A DNA stretch of 14,112 nt from an uncultured bacterium. Its GTDB lineage: Bacteria > SAR324 > NAC60-12. Position 1 is the stretch's first letter. Every line of letters begins with the position of its first letter. The DNA is taken from positions 1-14,112 of the forward strand of contig CBFIJD010000057.1 in the NCBI GenBank assembly GCA_965662845.1. Reading direction: 5' to 3'. This document shows, one piece after another, positions 1-9,014 of this stretch. Position numbers and translations under genes: made by a program. A model generated the notes under the pieces. The model did not search any database, was not told where the DNA came from, and was given only the letters and a program-made list of their open reading frames with translations.

Positions 1-1418
1 CCGGTTGGGCTCCAGCGTACGCGGTCTGGGCTGCGATAGAACTCGACCAGTCCACCGAGCTGGGGCGCGACTTGCGTCATCGCCTCGGAGTTGATGTCCG
101 AATCACGAATCGGCGTCAAACCGACCATGGTCTTGCGCAAGGAGACCGTCTTCGAGACGGTGAACTGTGCATAGAGCCAAGCGGCTTTGCGGCGATCGAC
201 TGGGGTAGACTTCATCAGCGTCCATGAGCCGGCATCTTGGTAGCCGAGCTTCATGCCTTTCGTCCAGTAAGGGCCGTGTGGCGAAGGAGCCATGCGCCAC
301 TTTGGCGTTCCGTCGGGGTTGTTGATCGCCGGCGCGGCGCGCATGTCAGCCGTAAAGGCGGTGTACCAGAAGATCTGCTGCGCGATGTTGCCCTGCGCAG
401 GCACCGGACCGGCCTCAGAGAAGGTCATCCCTAAGGCCTCTGGTGGCGCGTAGGCTTTCATCCAATCCACATATTTGGTGAGCGCGTACACGGCGGCAGG
501 ACCGTTGGTCGCGCCCCCACGCTCAACGCTTGAGCCAACAGGCTTACAATTCTCCGCCCGAATGCCCCACTCATCGACAGGCAGGCCGTTGGGCAAGCCT
601 TCATCTCCGGCACCTGCCATGGAGAACCACGCATCGGTGAAGCGCCAGCCTAGCGACGGGTCTTTCTTCCCATAGTCCATGTGACCGTACACTTTCTGAC
701 CGTCGATCTCTTTAACGTGCACCGTGAAGAACTCGGCGATGTCCTCATACGCCGACCAGTTGATGGGGACCCCCAGCTCATAGCCGTAGATGTCGCGGAA
801 TTGGTTCTGCAGATCGCCGCGCTGGAACCAGTCATAGCGGAACCAGTAGAGGTTGGCGAACTGCTGTGCGGGGAGCTGATACAGCTTGTCGTCTGGCCCC
901 GTCGTGAAGCTCTTGCCGATGAAGTCATCAACGTCGAGCGTCGGCAAGGTCACATCTTTGCCTTCACCGTTCATCCAGTCGGAGAGCGGAACGGCGGCGC
1001 CATAGCGGAAGTGCGTGCCGATCAAGTCGGAGTCATTGATGTAGGCGTCATAAATGTTGCGCCCGGACTGCATCTGCGTCTGCAGCTTCTCCACAACGTC
1101 CCCTTCTTGGATCAAGTCATGGTTCACCTTGATGCCTGTGATTTCGGTGAAGGCTTTCGCGAGGGTCTTGGCTTCGTATTCATGCGTGGTGATGGTCTCG
1201 GAGACGACGTTGATTTCCATGCCTTGGAAAGGCTTGGCCGCCTCAATGAACCACTCCATCTCCTTGATCTGCTCCTCTTTTGAGAGCGAAGATGGCTGGA
1301 ACTCTTGGTTGATGTACTTCACCGCAGCTGCGCGGTCTGCCATCGCGGGGACGGCGATCACGGATGCCAACGCGGCGGCAGCGAGCGTTGTAATCCACTT
1401 CTTCATGCCCATGTTCAT
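1..1418 (-). CDS. glpV: Glycerol ABC transporter substrate-binding protein (3' end beyond left edge)
   Basis: Missing from the ORF track because it runs off the edge. Manual translation of both ends in one frame: MNMGMKKWITTLAAAALASVIAVPAMA (signal peptide), EFQPSSLSKEEQIKEMEWF...VVSETITTHEYE...HDLIQEGDVVEKLQTQMQSG, and PQLGGLVEFYRSPDRVRWSPT at the edge. These segments are typical of GlpV-type binding proteins. GGGAGAG lies just upstream of ATG 1418; in-frame ATGs also at 1412 and 1406. Confidence 0.9.
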   Translation of the reverse strand, partial: MNMGMKKWITTLAAAALASVIAVPAMADRAAAVKYINQEFQPSSLSKEEQIKEMEWFIEAAKPFQGMEINVVSETITTHEYEAKTLAKAFTEITGIKVNHDLIQEGDVVEKLQTQMQSGRNIYDAYINDSDLIGTHFRYGAAVPLSDWMNGEGKDVTLPTLDVDDFIGKSFTTGPDDKLYQLPAQQFANLYWFRYDWFQRGDLQNQFRDIYGYELGVPINWSAYEDIAEFFTVHVKEIDGQKVYGHMDYGKKDPSLGWRFTDAWFSMAGAGDEGLPNGLPVDEWGIRAENCKPVGSSVERGGATNGPAAVYALTKYVDWMKAYAPPEALGMTFSEAGPVPAQGNIAQQIFWYTAFTADMRAAPAINNPDGTPKWRMAPSPHGPYWTKGMKLGYQDAGSWTLMKSTPVDRRKAAWLYAQFTVSKTVSLRKTMVGLTPIRDSDINSEAMTQVAPQLGGLVEFYRSPDRVRWSPT

Positions 1419-1469
1419 GTTGCTCTCCCTGAATGAGTGAGTTGATGGTGTCTTCTGGAAATCTCTGCC

Positions 1470-1515
1470 TCGTGAACAATTCACGACACAGAATCGAGAA
1501 GGAAGACGCTTCTCG
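1470..1515. other. Two tandem perfect 7-bp inverted repeats in the glpU-glpV spacer
   Basis: TCGTGAA-caa-TTCACGA (1470-1486) and CGAGAAG-gaagacg-CTTCTCG (1495-1515). Confidence 0.55.
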
Positions 1516-1530
1516 CCGAAATCAAAAGCC

Positions 1531-1806
1531 TTAGCCCCAGCGCATCACGGCTGCCATCCAGACCGCCGCAAGCCCCAAGCTGCCCCACAGCGTTACGTCT
1601 TCTAGGCTATAGAGCCACACCAGCTGGATGTAGGCGCTGCCCAGCAAGCCAATGAAGAAGCGATCCCCGCGAGTGGTCTCCATCGGCAGAAGTCCACGCC
1701 GAGGGATCGAGGGGGACACGACTTGCCAAACCGTCATTCCTGCCAACATCACGGCGATGCTGATGAAGAACAGCGCGGTCGGCGTGGTCCAATACATCCA
1801 CTGCAT
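1531..1806 (-). CDS. glpU: Small integral membrane protein, DUF2160 family (glycerol ABC accessory subunit)
   Basis: 91 aa, hydrophobic, WMYWTTPTALFF...RRGLLPMETTRGDRFFIGLLGSAYI motif; conserved position between the second permease and the binding protein. Confidence 0.88.
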   Translation of the reverse strand: MQWMYWTTPTALFFISIAVMLAGMTVWQVVSPSIPRRGLLPMETTRGDRFFIGLLGSAYIQLVWLYSLEDVTLWGSLGLAAVWMAAVMRWG

Positions 1807-1848
1807 ACAAGCTCTCTTGTGCCAAAAAGTTGTGTTTCAGTCGTTCTC

Positions 1849-2763
1849 TCAAACGCGACCGAGCGCGAAGCCCTTCGCGATGTAATTCCGCACAAACCAG
1901 ATCACCAAGACGCCCGGCACCAAAGTCAACACGCCCGCGGCGGCGAGCAGCCCCCAGTCCATACCGGAAGCAGAGACCGTACGCGTCATCGTCGCGGCGA
2001 TGGGCTTGGCATTCACGGAAGTCAGCGTGCGGGCCAGCAGCAGCTCTACCCAGCTGAACATGAAGCAGAAGAAGGCCGTCACGCCAATGCCGGAGCGAAT
2101 CAGCGGCAAGAAGATGCGCCCAAAAAAATGCGGGAAGCTGTAGCCATCAATGTAGGCCGTCTCATCAATTTCGCGGGGCACTCCCGACATGAAGCCTTCT
2201 AAAATCCAGACCGCCAGCGGCACGTTGAACAGACAGTGCGCGATCGCGACCGCGATGTGCGTGTCGAAGATGCCAACGCTGGAATAGAGCTGAAAGAACG
2301 GCAGCAAGAAGACGGCCGGCGGAGCCATGCGATTGCTGAGGAGCCAGAAGAACATGTGGGTGTCACCAACGAAGCGGAACCTTGAGAAGGCGTATGCCGC
2401 TGGCAACGCGACGGTCACAGAGATCAGCGTGTTGATGCCCACATAGAGCATTGAGTTGAGGTAGCCAGAATACCACGTCGGGTCGCTGAAGATGGTGAGG
2501 TAGTTTTGGAAGGTCAGCTCTTGGGGGAAGAGCGTCAGCCCACCCAGGATCTCTTCGTTGGTCTTGAGCGACATGTTCAGCAGCCAGTAAATCGGCAGGT
2601 TCAAGAACAGCAGGTAAACAGCGAGCCCGAGGTGACGGAGCTTGATTCCAGAAGGCTTGGTACGGCGCACAGCGGTCTCCTGCGACAAATTGGCTGTTAG
2701 GGGTTGTGGGGCTGTGCGGGCCATCACGGTGTCAGAGTGCGCGGTCACGGCAGATACTTTCAT
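1849..2763 (-). CDS. glpQ: Carbohydrate (glycerol) ABC transporter permease, MalG-like
   Basis: Multiple TM helices, EAA loop (VPREIDETAYIDG), C-terminal VRNYIAKGFALGRV. Symbol follows Rhizobium glpSTPQUV usage, not the E. coli phosphodiesterase. Start uncertain (polar ~40 aa N-terminal segment). Confidence 0.9.
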   Translation of the reverse strand: MKVSAVTAHSDTVMARTAPQPLTANLSQETAVRRTKPSGIKLRHLGLAVYLLFLNLPIYWLLNMSLKTNEEILGGLTLFPQELTFQNYLTIFSDPTWYSGYLNSMLYVGINTLISVTVALPAAYAFSRFRFVGDTHMFFWLLSNRMAPPAVFLLPFFQLYSSVGIFDTHIAVAIAHCLFNVPLAVWILEGFMSGVPREIDETAYIDGYSFPHFFGRIFLPLIRSGIGVTAFFCFMFSWVELLLARTLTSVNAKPIAATMTRTVSASGMDWGLLAAAGVLTLVPGVLVIWFVRNYIAKGFALGRV

Positions 2764-2885
2764 GGTTGTGGTCTCTCAAAGTCGAATCCTCAGCGCTGCA
2801 CTGCTCTCTCTACGTGGGAGACGGCTCTCACCAGCGTGGGTCTTTCAGGGCAGGGGGAGGAATCGGGAGGTCAGCCCGTCAATGC

Positions 2886-3763
<878 letters not shown>

Positions 3764-3767
<4 letters not shown>

Positions 3768-4861
3768 GCAGCCCTCCGAGCGGTTTGTCTCTCGATGAGC
3801 GCTCCGTTGGCATAGAGCAGCGTCTCGTTCGCAGGAAAGACCAGCTGGGGATTCGCTGGGATATGGGCGTCTTCGGGGACTTTGACCTTCACTTCATGCT
3901 CACCGAGCTTCGCCGTCGCGATCTGGAACTGCCCCATCTCTTCCACTTTCAAAAGCTGCACAGGGACTCCGCCGGACTCTGCAAACCGCAAGAACTCTGG
4001 GCGTACTCCAATTTGGAGATCGAGCTTGGCATCGACCCCGGTCGGATCTAGCGCCTGTCGCGTCAGCGGCAGCTGCTGATTGTCAACCCGCACGTGGTTC
4101 CCTTCAAAATGACAGGGCAGCAGGTTCATGCCAGGCGACCCAATGAAATAGCCGATGAAGGTGTGCGCGGGGCGCTCAAACAGCTCTTGTGGCGTACCCA
4201 TCTGCAACACGCGCCCGTCCTGCATCACGACCACTTCGTCTGCGAAGGTCATCGCCTCCGTCTGATCGTGCGTCACATACACCATCGTGTGGTCGTAGCG
4301 CCGGTGAATCTCCTTCAGCTTGCGGCGCAGCACCCACTTTTGGTGCGGGTCAATCACGGTCAGGGCTTCGTCCAGCAAAATTGCCGAGACATCGCTGCGC
4401 ACGAGCCCTCGCCCCATCGAGATCTTCTGCTTCTGGTCAGCGCTCAGCCCGCTAGCTTTGCGGTTCAGGTGCGAGCTTAGCTCCAGTATCTCGGCGACCT
4501 CGGTGACGACCCGCTCAATCTCCTGGTTGGGAATCTTCCGGTTGCGCAGCGGGAAGGCGAGGTTCTCTCTCACCGTCATCGTGTCGTAAATCACTGGGAA
4601 CTGAAAAACCTGCGCGATGTTGCGCTCTTTGGTCGGCAGCTGGGTGACGTCGCGCTCATCGAACCACACCGCGCCTTCGCTGGGCGTGAGCAACCCCGAG
4701 ATCAAGTTCAGCAGCGTGGTTTTGCCACAGCCAGAAGGCCCCAGCAGCGCGTAAGCTTTGCCGTGCTCCCACGTCAGGTTCATGCGGTGCAGCGCGTATT
4801 CTGGTTGCGGCGCGTCGGGCTGGTACGAGTGAGCCAGCTCGCGAAAGATCACGTTCGCCAT
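3764..4861 (-). CDS. glpT: Glycerol ABC transporter ATP-binding subunit (MalK-like, C-terminal TOBE-like region)
   Basis: Walker A GPSGCGKT, Q-loop VFQFPVIY, degenerate signature LSADQKQK, Walker B ILLDE, H-loop VTHDQ. Rhizobium nomenclature, not the E. coli MFS GlpT. Confidence 0.9.
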
Positions 4862-4869
4862 GAGAAGCC

Positions 4870-5952
4870 TCAGTTCTGCAGGGGTTGGGGGACGCGTAGA
4901 AGCTGCTCCTTAGCGTCAAAGAGGTAGAGCGAGCGCGGGTGAAAGTGCGCTTGGAACTTGTCGCCAATCTCATGGCTCTTGACACCGTCCTCTTGCAAGA
5001 CCCACTCGCGGTCGGCGTGGTGGAAGTACACCAGCGTCTCCGAGCCGCTGATCTCAGTGAGATCGACCTCTGCGGCAAACGAGACGTCCTCGGCGCTCTG
5101 GGCGTTGGTCGCGAGGTGGTAGGAACGCAAGCCCAACAGGTAGCTGCCGGGGGCGATGTCTTGGAAGTGCGGCGGCGCTGCGACGCGAGTGTGGTCATTC
5201 AAATGAAGCTCTCCGGCACGCAGCTCGGCGCGCATGATGTTCATTGGCGGCGTGCTGAAGAGCGAGCTGACCGTCACGGTCTGTGGGTGACGATAGACTT
5301 GCTTGGTCTCGCCTGATTGCAGCAGTCGCCCTTCGTGCAGCACAAAGACGTTCCCGCCAAGCAACAGCGCCTCCGCAGGCTCGGTGGTGGAATAGACGAC
5401 GATCGCTTCGCGCACAGAGAAGATCTCTTTCAGCTCGGTGCGCAGGTCTTCGCGGAGTTTGTAGTCTAGGTTGACGAGCGGTTCGTCGAGCAGCAGCAAG
5501 TCCGCGTCTTTGACCAGCGCGCGGGCAATGGCGGTGCGCTGCTGCTGCCCACCCGAAAGCTCGGCGGGCAAGCGCTGTAGCAAGTGATCGATCTTCATCA
5601 TGCCTGCGACCTCGCGCACTTTTTTGTCAATCTCCGGCTTGGTGAGCCGCATCAGCTTGAGGGGAGAGGCGATGTTCTGAAACACCGTCATTGACGGGTA
5701 ATTGATGAACTGCTGATACACCATCGCCACGTCTCGTTTGCGAACAGGCACCCCTGTCATCTCTGCGCCGTTGACGGTCAACTTCCCGCTGGTCGGGCGA
5801 TCGAGCCCTGCCAACAGGCGCATCACGGTCGTCTTCCCCGCGAGCGTTGGGCCAAACAAGATGTTCAATCCTGCTCTCAGCTCTAGCGACAGGTCGTAGA
5901 TGTGTGTGTCTTGTTCGACGTGATGCTGGATGTGGTCGAGACGAATTTCCAT
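4870..5952 (-). CDS. glpS: Glycerol ABC transporter ATP-binding subunit (MalK-like)
   Basis: Walker A GPTLAGKT, VYQQFINYP, LSGGQQQR, LLLDEPLVNLDYKLRE, H-loop replaced by YSTTEP. ATG 5952 (MEIRLDHI) preferred over TTG 5979. Confidence 0.9.
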   Translation of the reverse strand: MEIRLDHIQHHVEQDTHIYDLSLELRAGLNILFGPTLAGKTTVMRLLAGLDRPTSGKLTVNGAEMTGVPVRKRDVAMVYQQFINYPSMTVFQNIASPLKLMRLTKPEIDKKVREVAGMMKIDHLLQRLPAELSGGQQQRTAIARALVKDADLLLLDEPLVNLDYKLREDLRTELKEIFSVREAIVVYSTTEPAEALLLGGNVFVLHEGRLLQSGETKQVYRHPQTVTVSSLFSTPPMNIMRAELRAGELHLNDHTRVAAPPHFQDIAPGSYLLGLRSYHLATNAQSAEDVSFAAEVDLTEISGSETLVYFHHADREWVLQEDGVKSHEIGDKFQAHFHPRSLYLFDAKEQLLRVPQPLQN

Positions 5953-5997
5953 GAGACTGCGATGGCTAGTGTGCGGCAAGTTCAGAATGTTCAGGCA

Positions 5998-6043
5998 ATG
6001 TTAGCGTCGAACAAACACTTGTCAAATTATTTTTCAAAAATAA
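5998..6043 (-). promoter_or_regulatory. Sigma70-type promoter and putative operator for glpSTPQUV
   Basis: Minus strand TTGACA (6025-6020), 16 nt spacer, TAACAT (6003-5998). Overlaps CACTTG-T-CAAATT (6016-6028) and the perfect palindrome TTATTTTT-C-AAAAATAA (6027-6043). AT-rich island in GC-rich DNA. Confidence 0.7.
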
Positions 6044-6085
6044 ATCAAATGCGCGAGCGCGGTCTGTACGCGCAGAGGGGCGTGC

Positions 6086-7039
6086 TCATGTTAAGAGCGC
6101 CTGCGCCGTCCATTCGTCGGTGATGAGCGTCGAGAGCAGCTTGCCCCGCAGCGCTCCGCGAATCGCTTCGAGTTTGCGTGGTCCGCCCGCGATGCCGATC
6201 ACTTGCTTCATGGTTCGCATTTGGTTGAGCCGCACGGCGATCATCCGCTCGTGCTGTTCCAACTCGAGCGGGTTCCCTTCAGCGTCAAAGTATTCCCCAT
6301 GGATCTCACCGACTGCCCCTTGGCGCATGAGCAGATCCAAGTCTTCTTGGGTGCGATAGCCAAACTGCGAGAACGACGTCCGGGGCTCCAGCGCCCCGAT
6401 GCCAATAAAGCTCATGTCTGCCGTCAGCGCCATGCGCATCACACGCTCGATCTCAGGCTCGTGGAGCAGGTGATCGCGCACCTCACGCGAACGCACCATC
6501 AGTGGCGCAGGGATGATGTAAAACGGGTAGCGGAAGCCAGACAGCAACGACCCGACGCTGCGCTCGGTCATGCGGGTGCTGAGGTACGTCGTGACCCCAC
6601 CGCAGAGAGTGATGAAGGCGGTCTCTGGCCGCGCGAGGTTCGTGATGTTGCGCGTCATCCACGAGATCGTAGAGCCCCAGCCGAGCCCAATCAGCAGCTT
6701 CTCTTGCTCAATGCGACGCTCTAAAAACTGGGCTCCCGCCTGCCCTAAGTTCTCGTTGATTTGCTCCGGAGGCACTTCAGGAACCAGCCGGACTTCGTTC
6801 AGTTGCCAGCGGCTCGCCAGCTCACGTTCCAGCTCGCTGAGGCGAGCGTCGGTGCCGTGCACGTGGATCGTCACCATGCCGGACTGCCGGACCTCGTTGA
6901 GCACGGCGATCACACGGGCGCGGTTCAGCCCCAGCTTGTCGGCGATCTCATTTTGCGTCCACCCTGCCTTGTAATAGTACCAAGCGATGCGTTCGGCGAA
7001 GAGCTGCTGATCGCGCTGGGCGGTGTTCAACTTTCTCAA
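6086..7039 (-). CDS. Sugar-binding transcriptional regulator, SorC/LsrR/CggR family
   Basis: N-terminal HTH RIAWYYYKAGWTQNEIADKLGLNRARV; sugar-phosphate-binding domain motifs IGLGWGST, FIGIG, GAVGEIHGEYFDAEG, IGIAGGPRKLEAIRGALRG, LITDE. TTG start about 20 nt after the glpD stop. Confidence 0.9.
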   Translation of the reverse strand: MRKLNTAQRDQQLFAERIAWYYYKAGWTQNEIADKLGLNRARVIAVLNEVRQSGMVTIHVHGTDARLSELERELASRWQLNEVRLVPEVPPEQINENLGQAGAQFLERRIEQEKLLIGLGWGSTISWMTRNITNLARPETAFITLCGGVTTYLSTRMTERSVGSLLSGFRYPFYIIPAPLMVRSREVRDHLLHEPEIERVMRMALTADMSFIGIGALEPRTSFSQFGYRTQEDLDLLMRQGAVGEIHGEYFDAEGNPLELEQHERMIAVRLNQMRTMKQVIGIAGGPRKLEAIRGALRGKLLSTLITDEWTAQALLT

Positions 7040-7058
7040 AGGCTGCCTACCAAAAAAG

Positions 7059-8693
7059 TTAGTTCAGTGAGGCGGGGATCGACTCCTCATGGGCGAAGAA
7101 TTCTTGCCAGCGCGTGAGCGCTTGTTGGCCAAATAAGATGTCGCAGACCTCACGTGTGCCTTGAGCTTCACGGAGTTCTGCCTTCGAGATCATGAGTGAG
7201 ATTTTGGTGCGGCGGCGCAGGAAGTCTTCCAAGGTCTGCACCATCTCGACGTCGCGAGCGTGGAAGACTTCGCATCGCAGGCACTCGGAATCGGGGATGA
7301 TCTCGTCGCCCATCTCTGGGTTCTCGCGGATGTGTTCGAGCATCGTGAACGCGTCTTCTCCATAGCGCCGCCAGAGCCGCTCAGAGCTAGGTTCCGAGGC
7401 ATTGGGGGGCGTGCGTTGATCGAGATTCATCGCTTTTGCTGCGGCGAAGAACCGTTGGCGCACGCTCTCGTCAGGCTCTCCGAACCAGCGTTCGCGCGTG
7501 GTTCCTAAGCGGATGCCGAGGCCCTCCACAAGCGCGCACACTTCCTCGCCAATGTTTAAGCAGTCGGTGAGCTTGCCACCAAAGATACTGACGCTCTTGC
7601 GCTGCTCGTCGACGTCAATTTCGTGCTTGCGCGACATCTTCACCCAGTCGTCGATGGTCTGGTCTTGCTGGCGCTCGACAACAAGCGGGCGCACGCCCCA
7701 GCGCTCAGAGATGATGTCTTCTTCGGTGAGGGGGCGCTCGAGCTGCACGCGTTTGTTGACGTTGCTCAGGACAAAGGCGCGGTCTTCGGGCGTGACCTCG
7801 GTCTCAGGTTGAGGGACTTGTGTGTCGGTGGTGCCGATGACGGTGCGTTTGCCCATCGGGATCGCGAAGAACATGCGCCCGTCGTCGGCAAAGAAGGTCA
7901 GGACGCGCTCCTGTGGCGTGAGGCGGTTGACGATCAGGTGGATGCCTTTGGAGAAGACGTGCTGGTGCTTGGTTGGCTGGGTGAGGTGCTCGTTTTGGCG
8001 GTCGACATAGGGGCCGCAGGCGTTGATGAGCGCCTTCGCTTGGACGGTGTGTTGCTGACCGGTGGCGTGATCCAGCAGATGGACGGTCCACAAGCCGCTC
8101 TGTGCGTCGCGTTCCCCGCCGAGCGACTCGACGTAGTTCAGCGCGAAGCCGCCACGTCGCAACGCAGACTGTACGAAATGGAACACAAAGCGGGCGTCAT
8201 TCTCGGGCAAATACGCGTCGGAATACTCGATGCCCCCGATGCTCCGCTGCGTGTCAATCACCGGCTCTTCGTTGCGGATGCGCTTCGGCGTGAGGAGCCG
8301 AGGCGGGCGCGTGAAGCAGTTGCCCATGAACCAATACAGCGTCGCGCCCGCGAAGAGCATGAGCGCGGGAAACCGGAAGCCTCTCTCCAAATTGGTGTAG
8401 AAGCGCAGCTCACGGATGTTGCTCGGGAAAGCCCGCATCAGCTCGTTGCGCGACCGGCACAGCTTGCGCACCAGCCCAAACTCGTAGGACTCCATGTATT
8501 TGATGCCGCCCCACACCAAGTTGGACGAGTGCATGCTGGTCTCGCTGGCGAAATCCTTGCGGTCAATCAAGCCCACACGCAGACCTCGTCCGCTGAGCGC
8601 TGCGAGCGAGACCGCTCCGTTGATGCCGCCACCGATCACGAGGACGTCGAGGGGTTGTTGCGTCATCTGGGCGAGGTGTTCCTGTCGTGTCAT
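7059..8693 (-). CDS. glpD: FAD-dependent glycerol-3-phosphate dehydrogenase/oxidase
   Basis: DVLVIGGGINGA FAD motif, DFASETSMHSSNLVWGGIKYME, INACGP, SKGIHL, IGTTD, WGVRPLV, IFGGKLT, DFLRRRT; context of a glycerol ABC cluster. Confidence 0.88.
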   Translation of the reverse strand: MTRQEHLAQMTQQPLDVLVIGGGINGAVSLAALSGRGLRVGLIDRKDFASETSMHSSNLVWGGIKYMESYEFGLVRKLCRSRNELMRAFPSNIRELRFYTNLERGFRFPALMLFAGATLYWFMGNCFTRPPRLLTPKRIRNEEPVIDTQRSIGGIEYSDAYLPENDARFVFHFVQSALRRGGFALNYVESLGGERDAQSGLWTVHLLDHATGQQHTVQAKALINACGPYVDRQNEHLTQPTKHQHVFSKGIHLIVNRLTPQERVLTFFADDGRMFFAIPMGKRTVIGTTDTQVPQPETEVTPEDRAFVLSNVNKRVQLERPLTEEDIISERWGVRPLVVERQQDQTIDDWVKMSRKHEIDVDEQRKSVSIFGGKLTDCLNIGEEVCALVEGLGIRLGTTRERWFGEPDESVRQRFFAAAKAMNLDQRTPPNASEPSSERLWRRYGEDAFTMLEHIRENPEMGDEIIPDSECLRCEVFHARDVEMVQTLEDFLRRRTKISLMISKAELREAQGTREVCDILFGQQALTRWQEFFAHEESIPASLN

Positions 8694-8744
8694 GGAGTTT
8701 CTCCAGAGAAGAAGAGGGACAGAGGGGTGGCTTACGTGGGGAAT

Positions 8745-8783
8745 ACTTTGCGTCGGTCAAAAACATTTGTCAAATGATTTTTC
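8745..8783 (-). promoter_or_regulatory. Putative glpD promoter with palindromic operator over the -35 box
   Basis: AAAA-A-CATTTG-T-CAAATG-A-TTTT (8759-8781) contains minus-strand TTGACA (8773-8768). A weak -10 (CAAAGT) follows after 17 nt. Region aligns with the glpS promoter. Confidence 0.6.
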
Positions 8784-8959
8784 TTTTGTTCTGTCTTGTC
8801 ACACTTCTGTGCGCGGAAAAAGCGCGCTGCGCTTCAGGGAGAACCGCCCCCAAAAACTGCGTCGGGAGGGCCGCATCACCGCCTGCATGAGAGGAATGAG
8901 AACAGAGGGCTTGGGGGCCAGCGAGAGGACAGAGACGTCTGTTGGGTGGGTGGGCGCGA

Positions 8960-9001
8960 GAGACTCTGCGTCGGCGCAAGGCAGAGAAACGTCAGAGTCT
9001 C
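8960..9001 (-). terminator. Stem-loop just downstream of the chemoreceptor stop (terminator or 3' stabiliser)
   Basis: GAGACTCTG (8960-8968) / CAGAGTCTC (8993-9001) perfect 9-bp inverted repeat, 13 nt past the stop. No U-tract, but followed by a C/U-rich, G-poor stretch on the transcript. Confidence 0.4.
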
Positions 9002-9014
9002 GTCGGGAGAGGAG

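Noticed and set aside
1470..1486. Rex or CRP site
   Set aside because: Spacer is one base short for both (Rex TTGTGAA-N4-TTCACAA; CRP TGTGA-N6-TCACA) and the half-sites deviate.
7623..8777. 384-aa plus-strand ORF and similar long ORFs (681-1283, 2706-3329, 6203-6724, 9309-9821, 10332-10832, 11400-11963)
   Set aside because: They lie antisense to well-supported genes in GC-rich DNA and carry no recognisable motifs.
8905..8956. G-quadruplex candidate (GGGTGGGTGGG plus upstream G-runs)
   Set aside because: Only three closely spaced G-tracts; the purine skew is explained as well by a C-rich transcript tail behind the MCP gene.
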